A DNA stretch of 64,000 bases from Octopus bimaculoides. Taxonomy: Eukaryota. This document shows positions 1 through 12,759 of this stretch, piece after piece. How positions within the stretch are numbered: the stretch's first letter is position 1; every line of letters starts with the position of its first letter. Position numbers and translations under genes: made by a program. The stretch spans positions 28,543,275-28,607,274 of the forward strand of contig NC_068983.1 of the NCBI RefSeq assembly GCF_001194135.2, written 5' to 3'. The notes under the pieces were generated by a model. The model had not been told where the DNA came from, did not search any database, and saw only the letters and a list, made by a program, of their open reading frames with translations.

Positions 1-7
1 TATATGC

Positions 8-45
<38 letters not shown>

Positions 46-129
46 TTGTGTGTGTGTGCTTATTTTACTCTTTTACTTGTTTTGATAACTTCACTGTGAC
101 TGAGTAATGCTGCGATACTTCCTTGAGTA

Positions 130-600
130 GTTGTAGTTGATTGGAAGAGGACAGGTGCATAAAGAAGTGCTGAGCTCTAATTATGCAAGGTACCTGTGGA
201 AGGAGTAGACCCAGGAAGATGTGGAACAAAGTGGTGAGAAAGGATCCTTGGACACTAAGCCACAATGAGGAAATGACAAAGGAACCAGGAGATGTGGTGA
301 TTTGTTGTACTTGATAAGACACGTCAAGCTAAGTAAAATTACTGTCTTCCACATATACAGGCTTGTTCCTCCAGGTGCCAGTGCCACATAAACACATCCA
401 TGCCAGTGCTGTGCAAATGTACCCATGCAGGTGGCACATAAAAAGCACCCTGCTTACTTTGTTAAGTGGTTGGTGCTAGGAAGGCATCAAGCCATAGAAA
501 CCATGTCACAACAGACAACTGGAGTCTGGACAGCTGTCAACTGGTCAGCTCCATGTCAAACCATCCAACCCATGACAGCAGAGAAAGTATTGAAAACATA
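130..600 (+). mobile_element. RTE-clade LINE 3' end (decayed ORF C-terminus plus 3' UTR)
   Basis: 144-336 translates EEDRCIKKC*ALIMQGTCGRSRPRKMWNKVVRKD, then after a frameshift QEMW*FVVLDKTRQAK*. This matches the RTE C-terminal GRGRPRKTW motif. It is followed by a tail (ggtgctaggaaggcatcaagc...caacccatg) shared with other copies in the window. Confidence 0.8.
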
Positions 601-708
601 TAAGTGCTCTTCTTTCTTTGGATAATATAGTCCATCAGCAATGAAGAATTTTCAGCAAAATCATTTCATTTGCCTTTTCTTGGTTCTGTTTTTTTTTTTC
701 TTTCATTT

Positions 709-1068
709 TGCTTACCAACCACATGGTTTCGGGTTCAGTCCCACTGCGTGGCATCTTGGGCAAGTGTCTTCTACTATAGCCTCAAGCCAACCAAAGCCTT
801 CTGAGTGGATTTGGTAGACGGAAACTGTAAGAAGCCCGTCGTATATATGTATATATGTGTGTGTATGTGGTTGTGTGTATGTGTTTGTTCCCCCACCATC
901 GCTTGACAACCGATGCTGGTGTGTTTACATCCCCGTAACTTAGCGATTCAGCTAAAGAGACCGATAGAATAAGTACTAGGCTTACAAACAATAAGTCCTG
1001 GGGTCGATTTGCTCGACTAAAGGCGGTGTTCCAGCATGGCCACAGTCAAAAGACTGAAACAAGTAAAA
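709..1068 (+). mobile_element. SINE family A (tRNA-like head, CORE-like CCTTGGGCAAGT box, internal microsatellite, GTAAAAGA tail)
   Basis: 5'-truncated head, B-box-like gggttcagtccc, cttgggcaagtg, internal (AT/GT)n and tail gactgaaacaagtaaaa. More than 15 related copies occur in the window. Confidence 0.85.
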
Positions 1069-2013
1069 AAATATATATATACTTTAACAGATCAAGTATT
1101 ACAAGCAAATAAAAAAAATGTGTTGCACACTGATTAAGAACACCAGGGATGTAGAACTAATTATATTCAACTGGGTCTATGCTGATTTATGGCTAGTCTA
1201 TTGTGGTTATTCCAAGGATCCAGTTTTCTTTATCTAGCAACCAAACACTGATGACAAGACATCCTCATTTCTTCTTTCTTGTAAACATTTGTATTACAGC
1301 AGTTTAATAAAATAACCACAAAGTATAATTGTTTGCTTTACTTCTTCAATAGCTGCTACTTCATATCTCCACCTAAGCATGCAGGTACATATATGAAGCA
1401 ACAGAGAACAACAAAAGATTTTTATTACCATCTCTTACAGAGATATTTAAATTTTAAAAAAAAACATCCAAAAATGTTTGACATGATATTCTACCTTTGG
1501 ACAATTGGCAGTTCTTGTGATCTTTTGTAGGCAAGTTCATTTACTCTATAAGTCTTGTTTCTTTTACATTATTTTTTTCTTGAAAAACACATGAAGTGTT
1601 TCTAGCTGAAAATTCAATATCCTTATTGATGTGGAAATCTTGAATAATCTTGCACAAAATTTGTCAAGATTCCAAACAAAAAGCAATTCAAAGAGAAATT
1701 TCAATTATATCTTTGCTCTCTCATTTAATGAATTAGAAAATTTATTTTCTTTTTAAAGTAGTTATTTTCTGCGCACACTTAACCTTAAGTTTTTCAACAA
1801 TGTTTACTAATCTTTTGAATTTAATGAACATTTTGTCGGAATTATTAAAAATGTATGTTTATTTTGAAAATCTCAGTAATTTTAATTTTCTCCAATGCAT
1901 ATTTTATTTATTCATTGGATTCTATATCTATTCACACAATTGCATTAATTTCTTTTAAAATTCTTGTATTTAAGAAAATTTTAAATATAAAACTTGTCGT
2001 CTTCCAAACGTCA

Positions 2014-2020
2014 TGTGTGT

Positions 2021-2092
<72 letters not shown>
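2014..2092. repeat. (GT)n microsatellite
   Basis: Direct reading of a long GT run. Confidence 0.95.
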
Positions 2093-2096
<4 letters not shown>

Positions 2097-2700
2097 ACAA
2101 ATGAAAACAGAATAATTAATACAACATTAAAGTGAAATATAAATAATATGATGCAGTCTTTTTGTGATAATACATCATAACTTTAAGTTTATACTCAGCT
2201 AATATTAAACATTTATTGGCCATCAAAAACTCAACTAGTTACCAAAATATCCATGATATATATATGCTGTTTATATAGATAGTTTTGGAATTGTATCCTG
2301 GGTTAACACCATATGAAAGTGCTCAAATCATTACAAATATTAATAGCAATGACTGGTGCATACATATTTCTGTGTGTATGTATATACATATGCATGTGTG
2401 TGTGTATGTGTGCACACATGCACACACACATATGAGCACAAACACACACAAATGCTCACTTTTCTATACATCTGAAACATTTGTCTTCACAAAAAAGTTT
2501 TTAGGATGGATGCAATATATTAAGAAAAATCCAACTGGAAAAAAATTATCTCCATTGAAAGAATGACTCCAAGCACTAAATACTGCCTGTTTTAATTGAA
2601 TGCCTTATTGTATTTGTTCCAGTCTCTTGAACAAGTCTCTATACTATATATTGAGTACTATCATTTTCTTTCATTTACAAGCAGTAACATTTGGACATAT

Positions 2701-2908
2701 ACTCTTTTACTTGTTTCAGTCATTTGACTGTGGCCATGCTGGAGCACCGCCTTTAATCGAGCAAATCGACCGCAGGACTTATTCTTTGTAAGCCTAGTAC
2801 TTATTCTATCAGTCTCTTTTGCCGTACCACTAAGTTACAGGGACTTAAACACACCAGCATCAGTTGTCAAGCGATGTTGGGGGGACAAACACAGACACAC
2901 AAACATAT

Positions 2909-2993
<85 letters not shown>

Positions 2994-3157
2994 TACATAC
3001 GACGGGCTTCTTTCAGTTACCGTCTACCAAATCCACTCACAAGGCTTTGGTTGGACCGAGGCTATAGTAGAAGACACATGCCCAAGGTGCCACACATTGG
3101 GACTGAACCCAGAACCATGTGGTTGGTAAGCAAACTACTTACCACACAGCCACTCCT
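2701..3157 (-). mobile_element. SINE family A, full length
   Basis: Reverse complement of the A consensus from aggagtggctgtgtggtaag to gactgaaacaagtaaaagagt, with internal (TA)n. Confidence 0.9.
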
Positions 3158-4061
3158 GTTACATTTTTTTCTCCTTTTCCATTTTTCATATTCTTTGAAA
3201 ATCCATACTTTTAGTTAGATTAAAAAATTTAGTTTAAGCTGATCAGCATTAGTATAGTATCAAACCCACAGATTTTAGAACCATAGATAATCACTTGGTT
3301 TGCCTAATGCATAGCACCAGCCCTGGTCATAAGATGGTCTCTTGGAGGACATCTAAAGTAAAATGTGTTTGTGCATTCATATATATAAAGACTTAAATTT
3401 TCCTTCTAACATTTTATTCAACTACTTGAATCAACCTTCAGGCAAAATATATTTCATGATAAATTTGACTCTCCTTTTATTGTTTCTGCTCATCAAACGA
3501 TGATTATACTTTAAACTCCTTCAAAATAACAAACCCAAAATTAATATTTTATATACATACACACATACACACACATACATACATACATATATACACATCA
3601 CGCATCCAACTCTTCTTCTTCTCTCTCTCTGCTGTTAAAAGAAAAAGCAATAAAAAAGGTGAAGTTCAATGGAAATGGTCTTGGAACTAGAAGTCTTGCA
3701 GAGAAATGCAAGGAACTAAAACTAAAATGTAATATTTTTCTTCAATTTCTTTCTTCTCAAAAACACAGTTCAGAAAGTGTAAGAAATAAAAATCTGAAAC
3801 ATTAAAAACATTTGAAGTAGATAGCAGCAATGGAATCATTTTAAAACATTTGTCTTCAGAAAAGAAAAGAAAAGAAAAAAAAAAAACACAATGTATAAAT
3901 AAAAAGAAGATTTAACCATCTGGAAAAAAAGAAACGTATTTACTGAAAAATTACTGCAGGGTCTGAATACTGCTTGTTTATGATGATCACAGACAGCGAT
4001 ATATAGAAATAAATTGAAAATAATATAGGTACATATGTAAATATCTAATATACGTAGATTA

Positions 4062-4104
<43 letters not shown>

Positions 4105-4513
4105 NNNNNNNNNNNNNNNNNNNNNNNNNNNNNNNNNNNNNNNNNNNNNNNNNNNNNNNNNNNNNNNNNNNNNNNNNNNNNNNNNNNNNNNNNNNNNNNN
4201 NNNNNNNNNNNNNNNNNNNNNNNNNNNNNNNNNNNNNNNNNNNNNNNNNNNNNNNNNNNNNNNNNNNNNNNNNNNNNNNNNNNNNNNNNNNNNNNNNNNN
4301 NNNNNNNNNNNNNNNNNNNNNNNNNNNNNNNNNNNNNNNNNNNNNNNNNNNNNNNNNNNNNNNNNNNNNNNNNNNNNNNNNNNNNNNNNNNNNNNNNNNN
4401 NNNNNNNNNNNNNNNNNNNNNNNNNNNNNNNNNNNNNNNNNNNNNNNNNNNNNNNNNNNNNNNNNNNNNNNNNNNNNNNNNNNNNNNNNNNNNNNNNNNN
4501 NNNNNNNNNNNNN

Positions 4514-4565
4514 GGAACCATGTGGTTGGTAAGCAAGCTACTTACTACACAGCCACTCCTGCACC
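4514..4565 (-). mobile_element. SINE family A head next to gap
   Basis: ggaaccatgtggttggtaagcaagctactt...gccactcct; the remainder is lost in the gap 4105-4513. Confidence 0.8.
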
Positions 4566-4570
4566 TATTG

Positions 4571-4648
<78 letters not shown>

Positions 4649-4719
4649 CACAGACAGACAGACACACAGACAGATAGATAGATGTATACATTCATTCTCT
4701 ATTGCAATAACAATGATAA

Positions 4720-5345
4720 TAATAATTGTTTGAAATGTTGGCTCAAGGCCACCAATTTTAGGGGGGAGGGGATAAGTCAGTGATGAACTGGTACTTATTT
4801 TATTGATTCCAAGAAAATGAAAGGTAAAGTTGAACTCAGAATGTAAAGACAGATGAAACACTGCTTAGCATTTTACCTGGCATGCTAGCTATTCTGCCAG
4901 CTTGCAGCCAATAATAATTCTTTCTACTCAAGGCACAAGGCCTGAAATTTTGGGGAAGGAGTTAGTCTATTACATCAAACCCAGTGCTCCACTGGTACTT
5001 CTTTTATTAACTCCTTAAAAAAGAAAGGTAACGTCAACCTTGGCGGAATTTGAACTCAGAACGTAAAGATAGATGAAATGGTGCTAAGCATTTTGTCTGG
5101 CATGCTAATGATTCCGCCAGCTTGTGACTTAGGTAATAATAATAATCCTTTCTACTATAGGCACAAGGCCAGAAAGTTGAAGTAGGGGTGAAGGGCTAGT
5201 TGATTACATCAACCCCGGTGCTCAACAGGTATTATTTCATTGTCCCTGAAAGGTTGAAAGGCAAAGTCGACCTCAATGGAATTTGAACTTAGAACATAAA
5301 GACAGATGAAATACCACGAAGCATTTTATCTGGTATGTTAGCAAT
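4720..5345 (-). mobile_element. Tandem array of three SINE family C copies
   Basis: Three ~200-bp units (cacaaggcc...gaactcagaa...ctgccagc) separated by aataat spacers. The minus strand carries an A-box-like TGGCAGAATC and a B-box-like GAGTTCAAATTCC. Confidence 0.85.
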
Positions 5346-6791
5346 ATGGTTGTGATGTGTGTGCCTGGAGTACCCCTGTCAGATGAGTAGTCATGATGGG
5401 TGTATTGTTTTATAAATTTGTACCCTAGTGTCACTTTGAAGGTATGTGCTACTCACTTGCTTGCTCAATCCCTCCCTTACTCACTCACCCCCAACACCAC
5501 CAACAACAATAGGATGATGATGACAATGATAATTCTGAGTTAAGCCTCAATAAATTGAATACCAAGCACCATTCCAAGTTTTCAGTTCAATGTGTTCTTA
5601 TCGTAAAAACCCAGTTGTCAACAAATTTTCTGTGAATATTTAAATTTCCTAAACTATCTCATCCCTGATGATATAAGAAAAAATATTAAGTTGAAAGCTA
5701 TTTAAATAATTCTAATTCTAATATGCTTTTTGGCACTTTTAGCACTTAATCTTCCATACTTTCAAACTACATTATGTAATCTGCCACTCATCACACTTTA
5801 AGTAAAAACAAAGATATGAAGCAATGGAGACCATTATGTCACCAGGGTTCATTCTTGCATTTGAAGGCTTTTATTTTGTTACTCAACATTTCCATGTATC
5901 TTCATATTTTCCTTAATATATGTATATTAAGTATATGTTATACATATATAAATGTGTGTGTGATGCTTTTAAGTAGTGCTTGCAATGCCTAGTTTTCATT
6001 GTTACTGTTGTTTAGTCTTTGCAATCGTTTTTAAAAGAAAGAACACATTGCATAACGTTGTCCGAGATACACAATGCTTCAGAAATAATGACATGGTCTT
6101 CTGTTGATCTTTTTCTTTTTACTTTTCCTCCCCCATCTTCTTTGTGTTATTTGTGTGTATGAATTTGTATATGACTTAAGGAGATTTAACTGGTATTTCT
6201 AGCAGACTGACTGATTATGTAGCAGTACCCTTGTTACTTAATCTGCATTTCAAGTTGATTCAATTAATAAGCAGTCAAAGTCCTGAATCCCTAACATTAA
6301 GATACACTCACACATTTACTTACTTTATTCACTTGATTACAGTTTAATGCAGGGTTAAAGCATAAGAAACAAAACTGCTTTTACTACATATAAAGCATGC
6401 TGTATATAAAGCATTACTACATCAAGAATACTGTAGCAGTAGATCCCCAATTTAACTAAAATATTCTCAATTGTTTCACAATAAAGGACCCTCTGTTTTC
6501 AGCTGAATTTTCTCCACAGACCTCAGGCTTTTGAAAGATCTGTCTCTTCAATAAGTCAATTTTATTAACTAATAACATGCTTTGTTGTCCCAGTTTCTCC
6601 CTCAAGAAATATAGATGAAACACAAGAATCATATGTAATGGAATAATTATATGTTTTTTTTTATTTTTTACTCTGTAGCCTTTTAGAATTTTGAACACAG
6701 CTCATAGACCCACAATACTACATAATCAGTGACTGTAGGTCCCAGGTTAATGGCTACAAATTTAACGAGTAGCTATTCACCTGAACCTCAG

Positions 6792-6793
6792 GA

Positions 6794-6861
<68 letters not shown>

Positions 6862-6862
6862 A
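6792..6862. repeat. (AAAG)n microsatellite
   Basis: Direct reading. Confidence 0.95.
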
Positions 6863-6965
6863 AATCAATGGGAAGAAAAATTTTGTTCAGAAATCTGAAA
6901 TAAGTTTTAGTGTTAAATATATTTCTTACTCATGAATTCAGCAAGATTTTCAATAATGACGGATT

Positions 6966-6995
6966 CACTTACCTGAAAAAGAAGAAAAAATATAA
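6966..6995 (-). other. Candidate recursive splice site (polypyrimidine-CAG|GTAAGT)
   Basis: Minus strand reads ttttttcttctttttcag|gtaagtg; junction at 6973/6972. Confidence 0.45.
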
Positions 6996-7501
6996 CATAA
7001 GTATTGCAAAAATGAAATAAGTAGGCAAGCAAAATATGAATTCTTCTTACATGCATTACATGTGTTTTAGAAAAATAACTAAGCTTTTTTCTTTATGCAT
7101 GTGTGTACATGTGACTGGGTGTGTGTGAGTGCATGTATATGAGAGAGAAAGGGAAAGAGAGACAGACAATGATAGAGAAAGAGAGAGTAACAGCATTTTG
7201 AATTTGCACCTCTGAGATAATAAGGAATCATAAAGATGCAGAATTTTGAAAATATCCTGTGAAAGTAAACATGGAGTGCATCAAATGAAATGCTATTCCT
7301 AAATTTCATTAAAATAATTCATCAATATAATTGCCATATTTTTTCCCTTCAGTAGCCTATATCTGCAATCATGGTTCTGATACTGAGCCTACTCTCCGCT
7401 TTGCATATCTTTCCAAACCACAATCAAGTTAATCATCCTGAAATTTTTGATTCTTACATTATGTCCACTGGTTACATTTATGAATTTATATTGTTGAGTT
7501 G

Positions 7502-8178
7502 CTTCAATAATAATTATAAACTAAATCCAGTAAAATACTCAAAATCGTGTGTGAGTTAAGGGTAGAGCTAACATCTGTTGCACCAGTAGATTTTTTTTAC
7601 AAGTAAAATGACAATGAAAAATCCAAGTTTGAACACGCTTGAAGTTGTTGTTGTTGGCACTCCGTCACTTACGACGTTGACGGTTCCAGTTGATCCGATC
7701 AACGGAACAGCCTGCTCGTGAAATTAACGTGCAAGTGGCTGAGCACTCCACAGACACGTATACCCTTAACGTAGTTCTCGGAGATATTCAACGTGACACA
7801 GTGTGACAAGGCTGACCCTTTGAATTACAGGCACAACAGAAACAGGAAGAAAGAGTGAGAGAAAGTTGTGGTGAAAGAGTACAGCAGGGTTCGCCACCAT
7901 CCCCTGCCAGAGCCTCGTGGAGCTTTAGGTGTTTTCACTCAATAAACACTCACAACGCCCGGTTTGGGAATCGAAACCGCGGTCCTATGACCGCGAGTTC
8001 GCTGCCCTAAACACTGGGCCATTGTGCCTCCACTACTTCAATAATAATTATAAACTAAATCCAGTAAAATACTCAAAAGCCTGTGTGAATTAAGGGTAGA
8101 GCTAACATCTGTGGCACCAGTAGATTTTTTTACAAGTAAAATGAAGATGAAAAATCCAAGTTTGAATACACTTCAAGT
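7502..8178. repeat. 143-bp direct repeat (7502-7645 and 8036-8178) flanking a SINE B copy
   Basis: Both copies run cttcaataataattataaactaaatcc...aaatccaagtttgaa, with about 10 differences by manual comparison. Confidence 0.9.
7645..8033 (-). mobile_element. SINE family B (tRNA head, body, tail X ending (CAA)n)
   Basis: Reverse complement of gtggaggcacaatggcccagtg...actggaaccgtcaacgtcgtaagtgacggagtgccaacaacaac. Confidence 0.9.
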
Positions 8179-8689
8179 ATATAAATATATTTCAAACATA
8201 TACATTCGCGTTCATTTTCTGAAAATATTGATTAACTCACTGTTTTGATTCTTATATATAAACAAGCAACAGACTATACTACTTTTTTTAGTTGATGTCC
8301 TGAGGACTTCCAACTCTGCCAGCTATCTGTTGATTAGATTTCAGATATCATGCAAACATAGAGTCGGTTGGAAGGCATCTCTTGACATCTTAGTTACTAG
8401 ACTTACATCTATTGACAGTTGTGAGTTTCAGTGAAAAATCTAGGAACAGGGGCATTGTTTAAACTGACCATGATATGGCAACGGTACTTCATTGATAACA
8501 TCAATGTTTATTTTCCATGAAGGTATTCTTCAAATGAATCAATAACAGAAGCACGGTCATGTGCCTAAGAAGTTTACTTCTCACTATGCCTGACTGAAGA
8601 TACTTGGGCAAGTGTCTTCTCCTGTAAACTTTGGATTGACTAATGTATTGTGAGTAGAATCTGGTAGCTAAAAACTATGCAAAAACCCG

Positions 8690-8952
8690 TGGCCGTTGCC
8701 AGTACCGCCTGACTGGCCTCCGTAGGATTTTCGAGCGAGATCGTTGCCAGTGCCCCTGGACTGGCTTGTGCGGGTGGCACATAAAAGACACCATTTCAAA
8801 TGTGGCCGTTGTCAGTATTGCCTGACTGGCCTTCGTGCAGGTGACACGTAAAAGCACCTACTACACTCTCTGAGTGGTTGGCGTTAGGAAGGGCATCCAG
8901 CTGTAGAAACTCTGCCAAATTTAGATTGGAGCCTGGTGTTGCCATCCGGTTT
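8690..8952 (+). mobile_element. RTE-type 3' UTR with internal ~60-nt subrepeats
   Basis: ggttggcgttaggaagggcatccagctgtagaaac tail preceded by three gttgccagt...gactggc units. Confidence 0.75.
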
Positions 8953-9264
8953 NNNNNNNNNNNNNNNNNNNNNNNNNNNNNNNNNNNNNNNNNNNNNNNN
9001 NNNNNNNNNNNNNNNNNNNNNNNNNNNNNNNNNNNNNNNNNNNNNNNNNNNNNNNNNNNNNNNNNNNNNNNNNNNATATATAGTTGAAAAGGAGTTAAGA
9101 ATCCATACAAGTCAAAGGTTTTAAGTAAAAAGTATAAGTGGAAACAGAACAAAAGTATGTTGAAAGATAATTTTAACTTTTTTTTTCTTTAATCAGAAAG
9201 GATAAATATTTTTATATTTGTTATATCAAGTGACTTTTATAAAATATTACTGGTTTTGATGTGT

Positions 9265-9545
9265 ATGTCCATCTTATCAAATACAAGCAGAAGGACCCGC
9301 CATTTGTACCTCGATGTGAAATGAATTTTTTTTACAAGTCTTTTTCAAGTGCATTCAACATATCTGACCTCCAAATGGCACCACAAGCCACTTTTTTCCA
9401 GAAAAGAAAGGAGTGGAGGGGTGGTAGGAACCGCGGAGTTTCCTACCAATAGAGTTTTGTTTTGCAAGTTTTTGTTTTTCTTTTCCCGGTTACTTCACAT
9501 ACTTTCAACGAATGTGATATCAAAATCACGCGGAAATGAAGCATT
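9265..9545. promoter_or_regulatory. CpG-containing promoter-like patch
   Basis: About 8 CpG, YY1-like CCGCCATTT (9297-9305), CCAAT (9446-9450), ETS-like CGGAAAT (9531-9537) and a 9-bp stem hairpin (9422-9448). No similarity to the repeat families seen in this window. Confidence 0.3.
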
Positions 9546-10174
9546 AACAACATCAGTTTAGGTCAGTGAGCCTTTGAAAGTTATGGGTACTGTCCTTTCC
9601 TCCAGATCCAACATCTTTTATCGTTTACTTGTTTCAGTCATTAGACTATGGCCAAACTGGGGCACTACCATGTAAAAAAACAAACAGACAATCTTCTTTA
9701 AACATTTAAAGACAAAAAAGATATACACTCTTTTTAAAAGCTAAACTTTCTGTTTAATGCCAGTGATATTCAATTTAATATTTCACATTTAATTTTCTCT
9801 AGATAGAGAAGTATCAAAGGATTTAATCATGAAATGAAAAATAGTCTAAACATTTCTTTCCCCTCTAGCAAAAATAAAATGTACCTTTTCTTTAAAGTTT
9901 AGATTTTTCAAAGAAACTCCTTTCTATAAAAATTAAGACATGGATTAAAGTTCCAGAAGAAAGAAAAACAAATAAGAATTCTATAAATAGAACAGGAACC
10001 GCACAAACTGAATTGTTATAATCCATTAAATATGGATATTATTAATCTTTATTACTTCAGAAGAACCAAAAGCATAATCACATGAAAACACCTCAACTCA
10101 AACTTTTTCTTAATCCTTCCCTTAATTTAAAGTGCCTTCACAGTAGGACATAAAATTTGAATAGTAATATTTAC

Positions 10175-10207
10175 CAGCTATTAAGAATGCTTCAGGCAGC
10201 TGTGGAT
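10175..10207 (-). CDS. Candidate 33-nt micro-exon, (D)PQLPEAFLIA(G)
   Basis: tctttaaccttttcag|...ctg|gtaaat. Length is divisible by 3 and only the phase-1 frame is open. Confidence 0.4.
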
Positions 10208-10695
10208 CTGAAAAGGTTAAAGACGCAAACACAAAAGAGTATTCTTCTCTTCTCTTTGCCTGATAGAGATCAAATTATAATTTGAATATGTTATGAAGTA
10301 ATAATATAAATCTCAGGAATTAAATCATAGTATTGAATGATTAAATGTCTCTCATCATTGTTCCATGAGAAACATGAAATATTGTACATTTACACATAAG
10401 AATAGAGAAAATGGTGAGTAGATGCACAGCTGTGGCAGAATTTAGAAGTTGCTATATCTCAAAACATTTCCTTTGTATCATTTAAAAGGACTGGCTTTCT
10501 AGTAAGCAGATTTCAATGGCAACAGTCCAGGGGATTAGATATATAGTATAAGACTGAACAAACAAAATCCAATCCTAATTCATAGATTAAATTTCATTTG
10601 ACTTGGTTTGGATCAGTTTGTCTTATTTTATTTGTATTTATATTTCATAAAGGTCATAAGGACATGTGATTTAGTACACGGTTAGGGTATTGGAG

Positions 10696-11086
10696 GTGGA
10701 GGTGCAATGGCCCAGTAGTTAGGGCAGCAGACTCGCGGTCATAGGATCACAGTTTTGATTCCCAGACCGGGCGTTGTGAGTGTTTATTGAGCGAAAACAC
10801 CTAAAAGCTCCACGAGGCTCCGGCAGGGGATGGTGGAGAACCCTTCTGTACTCTTTCACCACAACTTTCTCTCACTCTTACTTCCTGTTTCTGTTGTGCC
10901 TGTAATTCAAAGGGCCAGCCTTGTCACACTCTGTCACGCTGAATATCCCCGAGAACTACATTAAGGGTACACTTGTCTGTGGAGTGCTCAGCCACTTGCA
11001 CGTTAATTTCACAAGCAGGCTGTTCCGTTGATCGGATCAACTGGAACCCTCGACGTCGTAAGCGACGGAGTGCCAACAACAACAAA
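10696..11086 (+). mobile_element. SINE family B nested in a D-like SINE head, 12-bp TSD
   Basis: TSD agggtattggag at 10684-10695 and 11087-11098. The host head resumes afterwards (gggttcaattcctg...tgtgtcctt). Confidence 0.9.
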
Positions 11087-12509
11087 AGGGTATTGGAGAG
11101 ATGAACACAAGGTCATGGGTTCAATTCCTGTACAGGACAGTGCATTGTGTCCTTAAGCGAGACTCTTCATTTCACACTGTTCCAATCTACTCACTTGAAG
11201 ATGTGTACGACCAAAGTACTAGTGTTCCAGTCTCTCTTTCCTCTCTTCTCTCTCCTCACACTCCCCTCCCTTCTGCACCCCACTCCTTCTCTCTTGCTGT
11301 CACATACTCGACACCCTGCTGTATAAAAGAAAGGTGAGCGAAGAGGGTGTCTATATCTGCTCAGAACTACATAAGTATCTAAAAACACAGTTAACAAAAG
11401 CACAGTATATGTATGTTGTCATATGATACTTGTTTTGCAAATGACAGCTATGACTTGTCCATAAAAGTCAATGAAATACCATTTAAGGTTCTAAACTTAA
11501 ACAGTAAGAGGGAAAATAATGTTTATTTTTGTATACTTCCACTTCATTTATATTTGAAAAGTTTTGTCCTATTTTTTTTAATTGCAAAATCTTTCATCAG
11601 ATCCTCACAATGACAACATGAATGCTTTGAAATTATATTTCCAATCGTATAAATTTTATTTTAGCAACTTTAAAGCGATTCATTTTGTGCCATAAACCAT
11701 TTGCCAATTCTGTGGTGCCACCCACTTCCCTTGATCCAGTGCTCTCTACAATCAAAGTAGGCTATAGCAGGATTTGAGCTCAGAAGTAAAAGAACCACAA
11801 CAAATACCAAAAAGCATACAATCCGACGCTCTAATGAATTTCCCAGTCCACCATCCTACACTAGTACTACATTTATTAACCGCAGAAGAACAAAAATCAA
11901 AGTTTGCTTTAGTAGGATTTGAATTTAGAACACAAGCAGAACAAATACTCACAGAACTCCATCTAAGTATGCCACCAGTGCTTATTGCAAAAAATAATAT
12001 GTGAACGGCATGACAGGAAAAGTTTCCCTGAGCAAAATATAAACTCAAAAATGTGATACACTAACGAAGACACTGTAATGCTTCTAATCAGCTCTCTCTC
12101 TCTATCTATCTCCCTCCTCTCTCTCTCCCTCTCTCCAATGACTACTGTGAGCAACGTCTTCATGACTACTGTTGCTAATATTACTAACATGATGTTGGTG
12201 GCAATGGTAACATACTAATGAGAGACAACACAAGGCAAATTATCTGAAGCAAAAATATTTTATTTCCAAGCATTTAATAACATGTATAATTTGGCACATT
12301 TTAATAGAAAGTCTCTAAGGTATAGAAATAAAATACATACATAAAAAAAAATCTTTAAAAAATATATACTTGCTAACTTACACACAAACATATACATGTG
12401 TGTATATATATATATGTCTGTGTGTGTGTATGTCTATAACTATAGACATGTACATACATACATATATACGTAGATGCAAACACACATATGAATATATATA
12501 TATATGTAT

Positions 12510-12620
12510 GTATATATATATAAATTCATAAGAATGGTACAACAAGGTACGGATATTTGCTATTCTCCAGCAAATATCGGTACCTTGTTGTACCATTCTT
12601 ATGAATTTATATATATATAC
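12510..12620. repeat. 111-bp palindrome (52-bp arms, one G/G mismatch, 7-nt loop)
   Basis: Positions i and 25130-i are complementary except 12551/12579; the loop is attctcc (12562-12568). Confidence 0.95.
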
Positions 12621-12693
12621 CCTTATAGGGTTATTTTTTCCTGGAAATTGATACATTTGTATTAATACATTTGTATTGAAATANNNNNNNNNN

Positions 12694-12759
<66 letters not shown>

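Noticed and set aside
1342-3518. Phase-compatible minus-strand exon chain (3518-3436, ~1605-1495, 1372-1342; ...WRYEVAAIEE)
   Set aside because: Weak or ambiguous splice sites, two alternative middle exons, equally plausible plus-strand signals, and no recognisable protein.
6456-6698. Minus ORF containing LLVNKIDLL, resembling a GTPase NKxD motif
   Set aside because: No other G-motifs nearby and no convincing splice sites; a short motif like this is expected by chance.
10696-10775. tRNA-like sequences with A and B boxes at SINE 5' ends
   Set aside because: No complete cloverleaf or acceptor stem, and they always continue into SINE bodies; not tRNA genes.
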